Positions 27,887 to 38,686 are shown, counted from the first letter of the stretch. The stretch is DNA of 64,000 bases from Bacteroidales bacterium (GCA_041441395.1 JASDTD010000045.1:1154-65153); one strand, 5' to 3'. The notes: generated by a model from the letters alone, not told the origin. A program made the numbers and translations.

Positions 27887-27901
27887 TTTTCTTGGAACTT
27901 G

Positions 27902-29557
27902 ATGGAAAAATCATTGAATAAGCAGCTGGAGCAGAGCTTTAGGGATAACTGGGATAACCCTGCACTTTCTGACTACAAAGGAATTACACTCCATTACCGG
28001 GATGTTGCCAGAAGAATAGAAAAGCTTCATATAGTGTTTGAGCAGTGTGGACTACAAAAGGGGGATAAAGTATCTCTCTGCTCAAAAAATCAGGCGAACT
28101 GGGGAGTTGTCTTTCTTGCTACTATTACATATGGTGCTGTGGCAGTTCCCATCCTGCACGAGTTTAAACCCGGAAACATTCATCATATAGTAAATCACTC
28201 AGATTCCAAGATTCTTTTTGTTGGAGATATAATATGGGAACAGCTAAATGAGGCCGAAATGCCATCTATTCACGCTGCAATACAAGTTTCAGACTTCTCA
28301 ATACTTTTCTCCAGAAATCCATTAATCGATGAGACCAGGGAGAGATTGAACGAGTATTTTGGAAAGAAATATCCCCGGAATTTCAGAGAATACCATCTTG
28401 CCTTTTATGAGGATTCTCCGGATGAACTAGCTATAATCAACTACACTTCCGGTACAACGGGATTTTCAAAGGGTGTTATGCTTCCCTTCAGATCACTTTG
28501 GTCAAATGTGATGTTTGCCAGAGAGGTTCATCCGCAGCTTAACAATACATCAAATGTAGTTTCGATGCTTCCTACAGCTCATATGTACGGAATGATGTTT
28601 GAGTTTTTGTTTGAAATGTGTATAGGGGCTCATGTGCATTTTTTGACAAGAGTGCCTAGTCCAAAGATTATTATGGAGGCTTTTGCTGAAATTAAGCCGG
28701 ATATAATTATAGCTGTTCCACTGATAATTGAGAAAATATACAAGAAAAAACTCCAGCCAATCATAAATAAAACTGCAATAAGAATTTTTTTAAAACTCCC
28801 GGTACTTGATCAAAAGGTACAAAAGAGAATACTTAACGAGCTTATTAAAACTTTTGGAGGCCGTTTTAAGGAGGTTATAATTGGAGGAGCCGCTTTTAAT
28901 AAAGAGGCCGAAGCTTTTTTCAGAAAGGTTGGTTTCCCCTTTACTGTAGGCTATGGTATGACTGAATGTGGCCCGATATTAACTTATGCACCATGGGATA
29001 ATGCAAGACTATACTCATGTGGTAAAGCTGCTCCCCGTATGCAGCTGAGAATTGACTCGGATGATCCCTTTAATATTCCGGGAGAGATTCAGTGTAAGGG
29101 GGACAATGTTATGTTAGGCTATTTCAAGAACCCTGAGGCTACTGACTCCTCTTTCACAAAAGATGGATGGATGAAGACCGGGGATATGGGCGTAATGGAC
29201 AGAGATGGTTTTTATTATATAAGAGGACGATCTAAAAGTATGATACTCGGTCCTTCAGGACAGAATATTTATCCGGAAGAGATTGAAAGTGTTATTAATA
29301 ATATGCCCTATGTTCTGGAGTCACTTGTTATAGACGAAGGTGGTTCTCTTGTAGCGCTCATCTATCCGGATTTTGAGCAAGCTGAGACAGATGGGTTGCG
29401 TAGCCTTGAAGAGAAAATGAGAGAGAACATCACTCAGATTAATGAAGAACTTCCAAATTATTGTAAAATAACAGATTTCAGAATATTTCCGGAGGAGTTT
29501 GAGAAGACGCCAAAAAGAAGTATAAAGCGATATCTATATCAAAGAACAGAATTGTAA
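27902..29557 (+). CDS. Long-chain fatty acid-CoA ligase
   Basis: YTSGTTGFSKG AMP-binding motif, GYGMTE, TGD and GQNIYPEEIE. Confidence 0.9.
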   Translation: MEKSLNKQLEQSFRDNWDNPALSDYKGITLHYRDVARRIEKLHIVFEQCGLQKGDKVSLCSKNQANWGVVFLATITYGAVAVPILHEFKPGNIHHIVNHSDSKILFVGDIIWEQLNEAEMPSIHAAIQVSDFSILFSRNPLIDETRERLNEYFGKKYPRNFREYHLAFYEDSPDELAIINYTSGTTGFSKGVMLPFRSLWSNVMFAREVHPQLNNTSNVVSMLPTAHMYGMMFEFLFEMCIGAHVHFLTRVPSPKIIMEAFAEIKPDIIIAVPLIIEKIYKKKLQPIINKTAIRIFLKLPVLDQKVQKRILNELIKTFGGRFKEVIIGGAAFNKEAEAFFRKVGFPFTVGYGMTECGPILTYAPWDNARLYSCGKAAPRMQLRIDSDDPFNIPGEIQCKGDNVMLGYFKNPEATDSSFTKDGWMKTGDMGVMDRDGFYYIRGRSKSMILGPSGQNIYPEEIESVINNMPYVLESLVIDEGGSLVALIYPDFEQAETDGLRSLEEKMRENITQINEELPNYCKITDFRIFPEEFEKTPKRSIKRYLYQRTEL

Positions 29558-29558
29558 A

Positions 29559-29978
29559 ATGAACGAAAAACAACTTCAGTTTGACCGCAGCTATCTTGAT
29601 ATGGCTCAAATATGGGCAAGAAATTCATATTGTAAACGAAGACAGGTAGGTGCGCTGATTGTAAAAGAGAGAATGATTATTTCCGATGGTTACAATGGCA
29701 CACCCTCAGGATTTGAAAATATTTGTGAAGATGAGAGTGGCCACACAAAGCCCTATGTATTACATGCTGAGGCAAATGCAATAACAAAAATCGCCAAGTC
29801 AGGCAATAGCAGTGAGGGTGCAACAATGTATGTGACTACCGCACCTTGTCTGGAGTGCTCTAAATTAATCATACAGGCAGGAATTAAAAGACTTGTATAT
29901 AGGGACAATTACAGAATTACAGATGGAATTGACCTTTTAAAAGTAGTAGGAATAGAGGTAGTAAATTTGTCAGAATAA
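29559..29978 (+). CDS. dCMP deaminase family protein
   Basis: GYNG, HAEANAI and PCLEC Zn motifs. Confidence 0.93.
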   Translation: MNEKQLQFDRSYLDMAQIWARNSYCKRRQVGALIVKERMIISDGYNGTPSGFENICEDESGHTKPYVLHAEANAITKIAKSGNSSEGATMYVTTAPCLECSKLIIQAGIKRLVYRDNYRITDGIDLLKVVGIEVVNLSE

Positions 29979-29985
29979 ATTTAAT

Positions 29986-31563
29986 ATGAAAGAGGGAATC
30001 AGGAGAGGCCTTTGGCCGGCAGTAGCAGGGATATTATTTGTAATGCTTCTGTTCACGAGATATTGTGACAACAATTTGTCTCGCATAGAACTTCAGATTA
30101 GGCCCGGACAATGGGATAAGCTCATGCTGATACTTGGAGAGCTTGACAGAAATTATGTTGATACCCTCGATTATAGCGCGATAACAGAAGAGACAATTCC
30201 AATTCTCCTGGAGAAACTTGATCCTCACTCAGTTTATCTTCCGCCACAGGAGTTGAAAAATGCAGAGGAGGAGCTTCAGGGTAATTTTGACGGAATAGGG
30301 GTTCAGTTTAATGTTCCAAATGATACTGCAATTGTAATTCAGGTAATAGCCGGAGGCCCTTCAGAGAGGGCAGGGGTTCTCTCCGGTGACAGGATAGTAG
30401 AGGTAGACGGGAAAAAAGTTGCGGGAGTTAAAATGAATCAGGACTCACTGGTAAGCATGCTCCGTGGACGCTCTGGATCTGTAGTTAAAGTTGGCTTTAA
30501 AAGAGGAGTTTCAAACAATCTCCTTAAAATTGACATTAAAAGAGATAAAATTCCTGTTAAAAGCGTAGATGTAAGTTATATGGTTGACGATACTTTGGGC
30601 TATCTGAAGTTATCAAAATTTACGAGAACAAGCCATAAAGAGGTCATGGAGTCTCTGGCAGATTTAAATAAAAGAGGAATGAAATCTCTTATAGTAGACC
30701 TTCGGGGAAATACCGGAGGTTATTTAGATCAGGCTCTCCTTTTGTCAAATGAATTTCTGCACAAAGGTAATTTGATTGTTTATATGGAGGGGCTCCACAG
30801 AAAACGGGAAGATTACTTTGCAGATGGAAGGGGTAGGTTTAAGGAAATTGGCTTGAAAGTACTTATAGACGAGGGATCTGCATCTTCAAGTGAGATTTTT
30901 GCCGGAGCAATTCAGGATAATGACAGAGGTGTTATTTTTGGAAGGAGATCGTTTGGAAAGGGGCTGGTGCAGGAACCAATATATTTTTCAGATAAATCCG
31001 GCATCAGACTAACAGTGGCAAGATTCTATACTCCTACAGGCAGATCAATTCAAAAACCTTACGGGAGTGATTACAGAAATGATATTATTGAGAGATACAG
31101 GCATGGTGAATTAACTTCTGCTGATAGTATCAGACAGAATGATTCACTAAAATATTTAACACCCGGTGGAAAAACTGTGTACGGAGGCGGAGGTATAACC
31201 CCGGATATTTTTGTACCGCTGGATACAACAGGTATTACAGATTTTCTAATCAGAAGTAACGAACAGGGCTTGGTTTTCAGGCTTGCTTCAGAGATTGCTG
31301 ACCAATACAGGGCTGAATTAAGGGGGATTGGAGATTATATTTCGTTAATCAAATTTCTGGAATCGAAAAATCTAGAGAAGCGTTTTCTTGACTATGCATC
31401 GGAAAAAGGAATTGTCCCAAAAACTGACGATTGGAAGCTTTCAGGAGATATTATTATTACTCAGCTTAAAGCACTTATCGGAAGGTACTCACCGCTGGAT
31501 GATAAAGCCTATTATCCGATTATTTCAAAAATTGATAACGTTATACAGGCTGCCTCAAGGTAA
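29986..31563 (+). CDS. S41 carboxy-terminal processing protease with PDZ domain
   Basis: LDPHS, GIGV, DLRGNTGG, SASSSEI and SFGKGLVQ motifs. Confidence 0.95.
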   Translation: MKEGIRRGLWPAVAGILFVMLLFTRYCDNNLSRIELQIRPGQWDKLMLILGELDRNYVDTLDYSAITEETIPILLEKLDPHSVYLPPQELKNAEEELQGNFDGIGVQFNVPNDTAIVIQVIAGGPSERAGVLSGDRIVEVDGKKVAGVKMNQDSLVSMLRGRSGSVVKVGFKRGVSNNLLKIDIKRDKIPVKSVDVSYMVDDTLGYLKLSKFTRTSHKEVMESLADLNKRGMKSLIVDLRGNTGGYLDQALLLSNEFLHKGNLIVYMEGLHRKREDYFADGRGRFKEIGLKVLIDEGSASSSEIFAGAIQDNDRGVIFGRRSFGKGLVQEPIYFSDKSGIRLTVARFYTPTGRSIQKPYGSDYRNDIIERYRHGELTSADSIRQNDSLKYLTPGGKTVYGGGGITPDIFVPLDTTGITDFLIRSNEQGLVFRLASEIADQYRAELRGIGDYISLIKFLESKNLEKRFLDYASEKGIVPKTDDWKLSGDIIITQLKALIGRYSPLDDKAYYPIISKIDNVIQAASR

Positions 31564-31564
31564 T

Positions 31565-32278
31565 TTACTGAGCAATAAATCTATAGACAATTTCTCCTGC
31601 CTGTTTTTCAGGCGCTGTGGAAGATCTTGTGAATCTTGATGAAGTTGCTGCCCGGATAGCGTACTCTCTTATACACGGATCTTTTGCGGAGGCAATTTCA
31701 ATTACGGTTGCCCCAATTACATAACCGTTTCTGTTTACAATTATTGCAACTGATACATCACCCCCTGCAATACATTTGTATACAGGAATAGGCATTGATA
31801 TTGATTTTCTTCCCTCAAGCGAGTATGATACAACAGATGGCCCTTTATAAGTTTCAATCTTAGTCTCACTCTTTGTTTGGTCTGTGGTTGAGGTTACATC
31901 ATCTGCCCCCTGTTGTTTTGCAGCCTCCTGCCTGGCGGCATCCAGCCTCTTTTGCAGTTCCCGGGCCTCATCATATACCTGATTAGGATTTTTGAACCTG
32001 TCATCCCTTAAATTTCTGCCTTTGGGTCCGGCATCAACAACAACATTTCTTACCGGGGTTCTGCCGGCAAGAATATCGTCAAGCTCTTTGCTAACCTCCT
32101 CTTTTATAGCCTCCTCCTTTTTTTGCCTCTCAATCTCCTCCTCTTTTGTAAAATCAAGAACAAAAGAGCTCTCCTCCTGAATAAGATACCCAATTCTGGA
32201 GGAGAGCAGTACAATCAATAATACGAGATGCACCGCAATGGTCATGTACAACCCGGCATTATTGTCTTTCTTGAACAT
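31565..32278 (-). CDS. TonB/TolA-like energy transducer
   Basis: N-terminal TM helix with His (TIAVHLVLL); charged helical linker; TonB_C-like C-terminus (G-x-V-x-V-x-I-x-V...G...GEIVYRF). Confidence 0.75.
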   Translation of the reverse strand: MFKKDNNAGLYMTIAVHLVLLIVLLSSRIGYLIQEESSFVLDFTKEEEIERQKKEEAIKEEVSKELDDILAGRTPVRNVVVDAGPKGRNLRDDRFKNPNQVYDEARELQKRLDAARQEAAKQQGADDVTSTTDQTKSETKIETYKGPSVVSYSLEGRKSISMPIPVYKCIAGGDVSVAIIVNRNGYVIGATVIEIASAKDPCIREYAIRAATSSRFTRSSTAPEKQAGEIVYRFIAQ

Positions 32279-32896
32279 CTATCTTTTGGTTAAAGCCTTT
32301 TCAATGGTAGCCAGTAATATATCAATTGCCACCTTGTTATGTCCCCCCTGAGGGATAATTATATCGGCATACCTTTTACTTGGCTCAATAAACTGAAGGT
32401 GCATAGGCTTTACTGTTTTTTCGTACCTTTCAAGAACTTTGTCAATAGTTCTTCCCCTTTCGATATTATCACGAGTAATTACCCTTCCAAGACGATCATC
32501 TGCATCAGCATCTACAAATACTTTTATATCAAGTACATTCCTTAATTCTGCACAGGTAAATATTAGGATACCCTCAACAATAATAATATGCGCAGGCTTT
32601 ACATGTACCGTTTCAGTTGATGAACGGGAACAGGTGAGATACGAGTATATAGGCTGCTCAATAGCTTTATTAGCTTTAAGATCCTTAATCTGTTTGACAA
32701 GGAGCTTAAAGTCAATTGACTCGGGGTGGTCAAAATTTAGTTCCAGTCGCTCTTCCAATGGCAGATGGCTATTGTCTTTGTAGTATGAATCCTGGGGAAT
32801 TACAACAATCTCACTATCTGAGAGTAATTTTGTAATCTCCTTAACAACAGTGGTCTTTCCAGATCCTGTTCCTCCTGCAATTCCAATAATCAGCAT
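32279..32896 (-). CDS. udk: Uridine kinase
   Basis: GIAGGTGSGKTT, QDSYY, NFDHP and IEPSKRYAD motifs. Confidence 0.97.
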   Translation of the reverse strand: MLIIGIAGGTGSGKTTVVKEITKLLSDSEIVVIPQDSYYKDNSHLPLEERLELNFDHPESIDFKLLVKQIKDLKANKAIEQPIYSYLTCSRSSTETVHVKPAHIIIVEGILIFTCAELRNVLDIKVFVDADADDRLGRVITRDNIERGRTIDKVLERYEKTVKPMHLQFIEPSKRYADIIIPQGGHNKVAIDILLATIEKALTKR

Positions 32897-32904
32897 ATTG
32901 TTTG

Positions 32905-34296
32905 TTAAAAATCAGCGTTTTTTGGTGTTCTTGGAAATGGAATCACATCCCTTATATTGGACATACCGGTAACAAAAAGCAGAAGCCTTTCAAAACCAAG
33001 TCCAAACCCGGAGTGTGGCGCAGTGCCAAATCTCCGGGTATCTAAATACCACCACAGGCCATCTTTCTCCATCCCTATTTCATCAATTCTGGCCTCAAGT
33101 TTTTCAAGCGACTCTTCTCGTTGAGAACCTCCAATTATCTCACCAATCTTAGGAAAGAGAACATCCATTGCCCTTACTGTCTTTCCATCCTCATTCTGTT
33201 TCATATAGAAGGCTTTAATCTCTTTTGGATAGTCGGTAAGAATAACCGGTTTTTTGAAATGCTTTTCAACAAGGTATCTTTCATGTTCACTTTGCAGATC
33301 AGTACCCCAGTGAACCGGAAATTCAAACTTAACTCCTGACTTCATCAGGATATCTACACCATCTGTATATGAAAGCCTTACAAAATCAGTCTCTACAACA
33401 CTCTTAAGCCTGTCAATAAGCTCTTTGTCAAACATGTCATTGAGAAATCTTAAGTCATCTGAACAGTTATCCAGAGCATACTTAACCAGGTATTTGATAA
33501 ACTCTTCTGCAAGATCCATATTTTCTTTAATCTCGCAGAATGCCATCTCCGGTTCAATCATCCAAAACTCTGCAAGGTGTCTGGGTGTGTTAGAATTTTC
33601 CGCTCTGAAGGTTGGGCCAAAAGTGTAAATCTCACCAAGAGCCATCGCCCCAAGCTCACCTTCAAGCTGTCCGCTTACAGTAAGATTGGAAGACCTGCCA
33701 AAGAAATCCTGGGAGAAGTCAACTTTATTCTCCTTATCCTTTGGGATATTGTTGAGATCCAGAGTGGTAACCTGAAACATTGCTCCTGCACCCTCAGCAT
33801 CAGATGCAGTGATAATTGGAGTGTGAAGATAGAAGAAGCCTTTTTCGTTAAAGAATTTGTGAATGGCAAAAGCCATCGCATGTCTTATTCTGAAGATGCA
33901 GCCAAATGTATTTGTTCTGGGTCTGAGGTGACCTATCTCTCTGAGGAACTCCATACTATGCCCCTTCTTCTGAAGGGGATAGGTTTCCGGATCGGCTGTT
34001 CCGTAAACAATTAGATTTGTAGCTGAAATTTCGACTGACTGACCACCCCCCGGTGATGCGACCAAAGCTCCCTCAACAGCAATGCAAGAACCTGTGGTTA
34101 CATACCTTAGAGACTCTTCAGTAAATTTGGACATGTCAAATACTATCTGAATATTATTGACAGTAGAACCATCATTAAGAGCAACAAAAATCACATTTTT
34201 ATTGCCCCTTTTTGTTCTTACCCATCCCTTTACTAAAGTTTCTGTGCCCGGATTATCCTTTAAAAGCTTGGCTATTTTTGATCTCTCCATTATCAT
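32905..34296 (-). CDS. asnS: Asparagine-tRNA ligase (start 34296 or 34290)
   Basis: [28 protein letters not shown] and GFGLGFER motifs; TAACTTTG promoter at 34314-34321. Confidence 0.97.
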   Translation of the reverse strand: MIMERSKIAKLLKDNPGTETLVKGWVRTKRGNKNVIFVALNDGSTVNNIQIVFDMSKFTEESLRYVTTGSCIAVEGALVASPGGGQSVEISATNLIVYGTADPETYPLQKKGHSMEFLREIGHLRPRTNTFGCIFRIRHAMAFAIHKFFNEKGFFYLHTPIITASDAEGAGAMFQVTTLDLNNIPKDKENKVDFSQDFFGRSSNLTVSGQLEGELGAMALGEIYTFGPTFRAENSNTPRHLAEFWMIEPEMAFCEIKENMDLAEEFIKYLVKYALDNCSDDLRFLNDMFDKELIDRLKSVVETDFVRLSYTDGVDILMKSGVKFEFPVHWGTDLQSEHERYLVEKHFKKPVILTDYPKEIKAFYMKQNEDGKTVRAMDVLFPKIGEIIGGSQREESLEKLEARIDEIGMEKDGLWWYLDTRRFGTAPHSGFGLGFERLLLFVTGMSNIRDVIPFPRTPKNADF

Positions 34297-34354
34297 CTAG
34301 AAATTTATTCATGCAAAGTTACGCAAAGCTAGGCAAAAGTCAATAAGTAATATA

Positions 34355-35866
34355 TTAGTAAGATGAACTAATTACCCTCCCGGGTTTGCTCTCGTTTCTG
34401 CATCTGTCTATTGCTGTGACAAGGTATTTGTACTTGATTCTTTTGCCATTTTGTTTGGTGAGTGTCAGTGACTTGCCTTGAACAACCTTGAATAGGTACT
34501 TGCTGTTTTCAATATTTATCTCAACATCTTCCGGAAATCTGTAAATAGCAAAAAATTGAGGTTCCTGTAATTTATCTCCTTTGGAAATAAGGTAATTATG
34601 TCCCCATTCCACTTTTCCACCTCTAATTCTTGTAAAAGAGACCGGTTCCGGTGCAACAGAGTCCAGAAAGTCGTAAACAGGAACCAAGGCTATGGTACTT
34701 TGATAATTTATTGCGAGGGAGTCTGTGAATCCATCAGGATTTGCGTTGAGGGTCCAGCCGGGCCACCATACATTACCATGAACATTTGGTAAAGTTCTGG
34801 TCATCTCCATCTTAGTTTTAAACTGACTTCTGCCGGGGTTCTCAAGATCGGGCTCCCTGAAAGTAGAAATATTCTGACCAATATAGAGGTGCCTTCCAAA
34901 GTTACCTGCGTTCCACCACTCAATTAATGTCTTATAGTCAGCTGCCGGATGTCCTATCTTCCAGTAGATCTGAGGGACATTATAATCTACCCATCCATTG
35001 CTAAGCCAGTGAGGTATATCTGCAAAGAGTTGTTCATAATTTGAAAGGCCGTTTGTTTTGCTTCCGCTGCCATCCGGAGTATCTTTAAGATTTCTGTGTA
35101 TTCCAAAAGGGCTGATACCGAATCTTACCCATGGTTTAATTGCTTTAATAGTATCATTAAGCTCTTTAATTAGAGTGGCCACATTATTTCTTCGCCAGTC
35201 TCCCTTTTGCCAGTATTCAAAGCCCTGTTTTGCAGCATGTTTTACAAATGATGCATCATCATGGAACTCTTCAAAGGCGATAGGGTAGGGGTAAAAATAG
35301 TCGTCAAAGTGGATGGCATCAACATCGTATCTGGACACTATGTCAGCAATAACTTTAACAGTGTGTTCTACAGATTCTGGCTCACCCGGATCAAAGTAGA
35401 GCTGTTTGCCATATTTTTTAAATATCTCAGGTTTTTTGAAATATAAATGGTCCGGGTGTAGTTGCTCCTGATCATTTGATGTTACTCTGTATGGATTACA
35501 CCAGGCGTGAAGCTCCATCCCTCTTTTATGTGACTCCTCAATTATGAACTGAAGAGGATCCCAAATCTCCTTTGGAGCGACACCCTGTTCGCCACTAAGG
35601 AACCTGCTCCATGGTTCAATATCTGAGATATAAAATGCGTCTGCCTGAGGCCTTACCTGAAATATGACTGCATTAACGCCTGCTCTCTCAAAATTATCAA
35701 GTGTTGTGATAAACAATTTTTTGATTGAGTCGGCACTCATGTTTTTAAACTGCTGATTGCCTACAGTATGTATCCATGCTCCCCTGAACTCTCTTTTAGG
35801 AAGAGATTGACTCCGGGCACCAAATGTGATACCCAGAGCAACTATCAAATAGATAAATTTTCTCAT
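34355..35866 (-). CDS. DUF187/GHL10 glycoside hydrolase (YddW/DigH-like), exported (start ATG 35866)
   Basis: Signal peptide; REFRGAWI, FQVRP, HFDDYFYPY and PQIYW motifs; C-terminal FN3-like YLVTAIDR. Confidence 0.85.
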   Translation of the reverse strand: MRKFIYLIVALGITFGARSQSLPKREFRGAWIHTVGNQQFKNMSADSIKKLFITTLDNFERAGVNAVIFQVRPQADAFYISDIEPWSRFLSGEQGVAPKEIWDPLQFIIEESHKRGMELHAWCNPYRVTSNDQEQLHPDHLYFKKPEIFKKYGKQLYFDPGEPESVEHTVKVIADIVSRYDVDAIHFDDYFYPYPIAFEEFHDDASFVKHAAKQGFEYWQKGDWRRNNVATLIKELNDTIKAIKPWVRFGISPFGIHRNLKDTPDGSGSKTNGLSNYEQLFADIPHWLSNGWVDYNVPQIYWKIGHPAADYKTLIEWWNAGNFGRHLYIGQNISTFREPDLENPGRSQFKTKMEMTRTLPNVHGNVWWPGWTLNANPDGFTDSLAINYQSTIALVPVYDFLDSVAPEPVSFTRIRGGKVEWGHNYLISKGDKLQEPQFFAIYRFPEDVEINIENSKYLFKVVQGKSLTLTKQNGKRIKYKYLVTAIDRCRNESKPGRVISSSY

Positions 35867-35867
35867 C

Positions 35868-37085
35868 TTAGAATTCAATTTTCATGCTCTTGAAAATCTT
35901 TCGTGATAGTTCAGTATTGTCCATTTTTCCTGTGAAATTGAAACTTCCTGCACCTATTGCATAAACAGGTACTGCTACCCCTGTGTGAGATGTTGTGGTC
36001 CAGCCTATGAACGCCTTCTTATTCATCTCCTCATATTTTTCTTCATTAGCCTTGTCAACAGCCATAGATCTCTTTTGCTCTTCAATTTCAGATAACTTAA
36101 GGACATATCCCTTTTGTGAACCTACAGTTATACCTCCGGTATCATGATCCGCTGTAACCAGAATAAGAGTCTCATCCGGGTGCTCCAAGTAAAATTGGTA
36201 AGCCACATCAACTGCCTCTCCAAGATCAAGTACCTCAAGAATTGCAGTTTTTCCATCATTTGAGTGTGCAGCCCAGTCGATTTTTCCACCCTCTGCCATA
36301 ATAAAAAACCCTTTGTCGTTATAGAGATGCTTTATTGCAGCCGATACAATTTGCTTTAAAGAGAGGTCTCCCTCCTCTCTGTCAATAGCGTAAGGCAGGT
36401 CAGAACCCTTTCCATCCTTTTGTACCAGGACAACTTTATCCTTAGACTTAATGTTTTTCATCTCCTCAATTCCTTTTGCAACCTTGTAGCCACCCTTTTC
36501 AATCAGAGTATAGATGTTTGTTTGCATTTTATCCTCTCCGTCAGGATTTACAAATCCTCCACCACCAAAAAAATCAAAACCACTGGCAGGCAACTGACTT
36601 GCGATATCGTAATAGCTGGATCTGGAGTTACTTCCGGCAAAGAAAGCACCAGGTGTAGCATGGTCAATTGATACACTTGACATAATTCCTACTTTAAACC
36701 CTTTTTCTTTTAATTTATAAGCGAAGCTATTTAGTCTGTTTCCTTGCGGATCTACTCCAAGCATGCCGTTATTTGTTTTAGTGCCGGTAGCAATTGCGGT
36801 CCCGGCTGCAGAGGAGCAAGTAATATAGGAGTTTGCAGAAAATGTAGTTACCAGTCCTGTAACAGGGAACCCGGTAAATGAAAATGATTCATTCCCGATT
36901 ATTCCTTTTTGTGAAGCAAGATAGGCTTCAGTGAGTGAAATATGGGCCTGACTCATTCCGTCACCAATAAAGAGGAATACATATTTTGGAGTTTTGGCAC
37001 CGCCTCTGTGCTGTGCCTGTGCGTCAACTGATACAGAGAAGATTATCAGAAGTGTCGCAAATAGGGTTAAAAGTGTTTTTTTCAT
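35868..37085 (-). CDS. Alkaline phosphatase, exported
   Basis: Signal peptide; FIGDGM, TCSSAAGT (nucleophile Ser region), HATP, EGGKIDWAAH, TADH and SHT motifs. Confidence 0.9.
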   Translation of the reverse strand: MKKTLLTLFATLLIIFSVSVDAQAQHRGGAKTPKYVFLFIGDGMSQAHISLTEAYLASQKGIIGNESFSFTGFPVTGLVTTFSANSYITCSSAAGTAIATGTKTNNGMLGVDPQGNRLNSFAYKLKEKGFKVGIMSSVSIDHATPGAFFAGSNSRSSYYDIASQLPASGFDFFGGGGFVNPDGEDKMQTNIYTLIEKGGYKVAKGIEEMKNIKSKDKVVLVQKDGKGSDLPYAIDREEGDLSLKQIVSAAIKHLYNDKGFFIMAEGGKIDWAAHSNDGKTAILEVLDLGEAVDVAYQFYLEHPDETLILVTADHDTGGITVGSQKGYVLKLSEIEEQKRSMAVDKANEEKYEEMNKKAFIGWTTTSHTGVAVPVYAIGAGSFNFTGKMDNTELSRKIFKSMKIEF

Positions 37086-37112
37086 TGCAAATGTGATTAA
37101 TTCTTTTTAGAC

Positions 37113-37146
37113 AAAAAAGGGTGTCCTTTTGTTTAAAGACACCCTT
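37113..37146 (-). terminator. Intrinsic terminator after the exbB-exbD operon
   Basis: AAGGGTGTC/GACACCCTT stem followed by a T-run on -. Confidence 0.85.
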
Positions 37147-37171
37147 CTTTCCATTCATTTTCTATTAAGAA

Positions 37172-37648
37172 CTACATCCCTGGAGATGCAGCTTTTCTGG
37201 CACCATACATTATCTTTAGAGCAGAAGTTCTCCTTAGCTCTTGTTTGATATCTGTAACAATACCCATACGAACATTTTCGTCTGCCTTAATAGAAACAGT
37301 CATAAACTGACGGTCAGCTTCACTGCGGGTTTCACGCTCTGCAGCTACGAAGTCGCGAATATCATCAACGGTTTTGAAAGAGTCATTAAGCTGTATCCTT
37401 GAGTCTGTTCCAAATTGTGCCTGAAGATTAGGCATTGGAGTTCCCACATAGATATATGAAGCTAGGTCTTTCCTTTCAAGTTTAGCTATCTCTGATGCTG
37501 CCGGCATCTTGATAGCAACCATTCTTTCTGTTTCTCTCATACTGGTAGTAACCATAAAAAACAACAGAATCATAAACACAATATCTGCAAGCGAGGCAGT
37601 ACTTAATTCAGGTACGCCGCCTTTACCCTTTCTTGAAAATTTTGCCAT
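37172..37648 (-). CDS. exbD: ExbD/TolR-family protein (paralog 2)
   Basis: SLADIVFMILLFFMV TM with conserved Asp; IKAD...MG..TDIKQELR periplasmic domain. Confidence 0.9.
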   Translation of the reverse strand: MAKFSRKGKGGVPELSTASLADIVFMILLFFMVTTSMRETERMVAIKMPAASEIAKLERKDLASYIYVGTPMPNLQAQFGTDSRIQLNDSFKTVDDIRDFVAAERETRSEADRQFMTVSIKADENVRMGIVTDIKQELRRTSALKIMYGARKAASPGM

Positions 37649-37666
37649 TATTATTGTTATTTTTTA

Positions 37667-38242
37667 TTATTTCTTACCTGTATCTTTTGGATCTGCCTCC
37701 GATATATTCTGAGGTATAGCATCTCTTACAATTCTTTGCTTGTCTTCGTCAAGGCTCATATAAATCTTACCGAAGTTTTGAAGAGCAAATTCATCACGGA
37801 TTTCATTAACTGCTTTTACAAGTTCGTTCTGAACCTTTAAATAAGCATTATAACTTGTACCGCGTGTATTTTGTAATGAGATAACACCTCTGGAGATCGG
37901 ATAAGAACCAAATCCTTCAATCATTTTCTCCTCTTTCTCAGGAAGATTTTCATCATTCATGGGATTAAGAAGAAACTCTTTAGCCTTGTCCTTAAGCATA
38001 CTCACATCCATCGGCACACCACCAGCAAGCAGGCGGTCTGCGTCGTTGATTTTTACAACCATAATATTACGACGTTTAATCTGAACATCGTCTGTCTTCT
38101 GGTTAGGATCCGGCATAGGTGGCAGACGACGCTGCAGACCCATCTCCTGGTCCATTGTAGAAACCAACAGGAAGAATATGAGAACCATGAAGGCAATATC
38201 GGCCAATGAGGCTGAAGGTAATTGCTGTGCTGGTCTTGCCAT
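37667..38242 (-). CDS. exbD: ExbD/TolR-family protein (paralog 1)
   Basis: SLADIAFMVLIFFLLV TM with conserved Asp; extended periplasmic domain. Confidence 0.88.
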   Translation of the reverse strand: MARPAQQLPSASLADIAFMVLIFFLLVSTMDQEMGLQRRLPPMPDPNQKTDDVQIKRRNIMVVKINDADRLLAGGVPMDVSMLKDKAKEFLLNPMNDENLPEKEEKMIEGFGSYPISRGVISLQNTRGTSYNAYLKVQNELVKAVNEIRDEFALQNFGKIYMSLDEDKQRIVRDAIPQNISEADPKDTGKK

Positions 38243-38270
38243 ATCTTTTAATTTGTTAATCTATTAATAA

Positions 38271-38681
38271 CTATCGGTTTCTAATCATTTTAACGACGCC
38301 ACCCATTAGAATTGCAATAAAAGCAAAAATGGAGAGTATGTAAGTTAATATTAGACCTGCGTCTGTTAATTTAAGGGTACTTTCTGAGGCAGGCATATTT
38401 ACCTTCACAAGAAGTGGATCGCCCGATGCAAGTGCATAGGAAACTCCGATAAGAACTACTGCCAGTACCAGGAAAATCAGCATTTTCTTAAGCCCTTTTG
38501 GATTGCGAAGCAGATTTATCGTAGGAAGAATAAATGCCGCAAGCAAAGCTATGCCCACCAGGAAGTATGCATAGTACAGGAATGCATCAAGCATCGCCTC
38601 CTGATTAACAAAGAAGCCTATGATAAATACCAATGATACTGCGAACAGTACATATAGTAAATATTTGGTAAATTTAGACAT
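38271..38681 (-). CDS. Multi-TM hypothetical protein within the exb operon
   Basis: About four hydrophobic segments; NPKGLKK loop; between exbB and exbD. Confidence 0.8.
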   Translation of the reverse strand: MSKFTKYLLYVLFAVSLVFIIGFFVNQEAMLDAFLYYAYFLVGIALLAAFILPTINLLRNPKGLKKMLIFLVLAVVLIGVSYALASGDPLLVKVNMPASESTLKLTDAGLILTYILSIFAFIAILMGGVVKMIRNR

Positions 38682-38686
38682 AGTTA

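Noticed and set aside
34253-34312. Out-of-frame Asn-containing uORF ([19 protein letters not shown]) overlapping the asnS start, as a possible attenuator
   Set aside because: Its ATG is 1 nt after the -7 element and so probably upstream of the TSS; only 3 scattered Asn codons and no attenuator hairpin.
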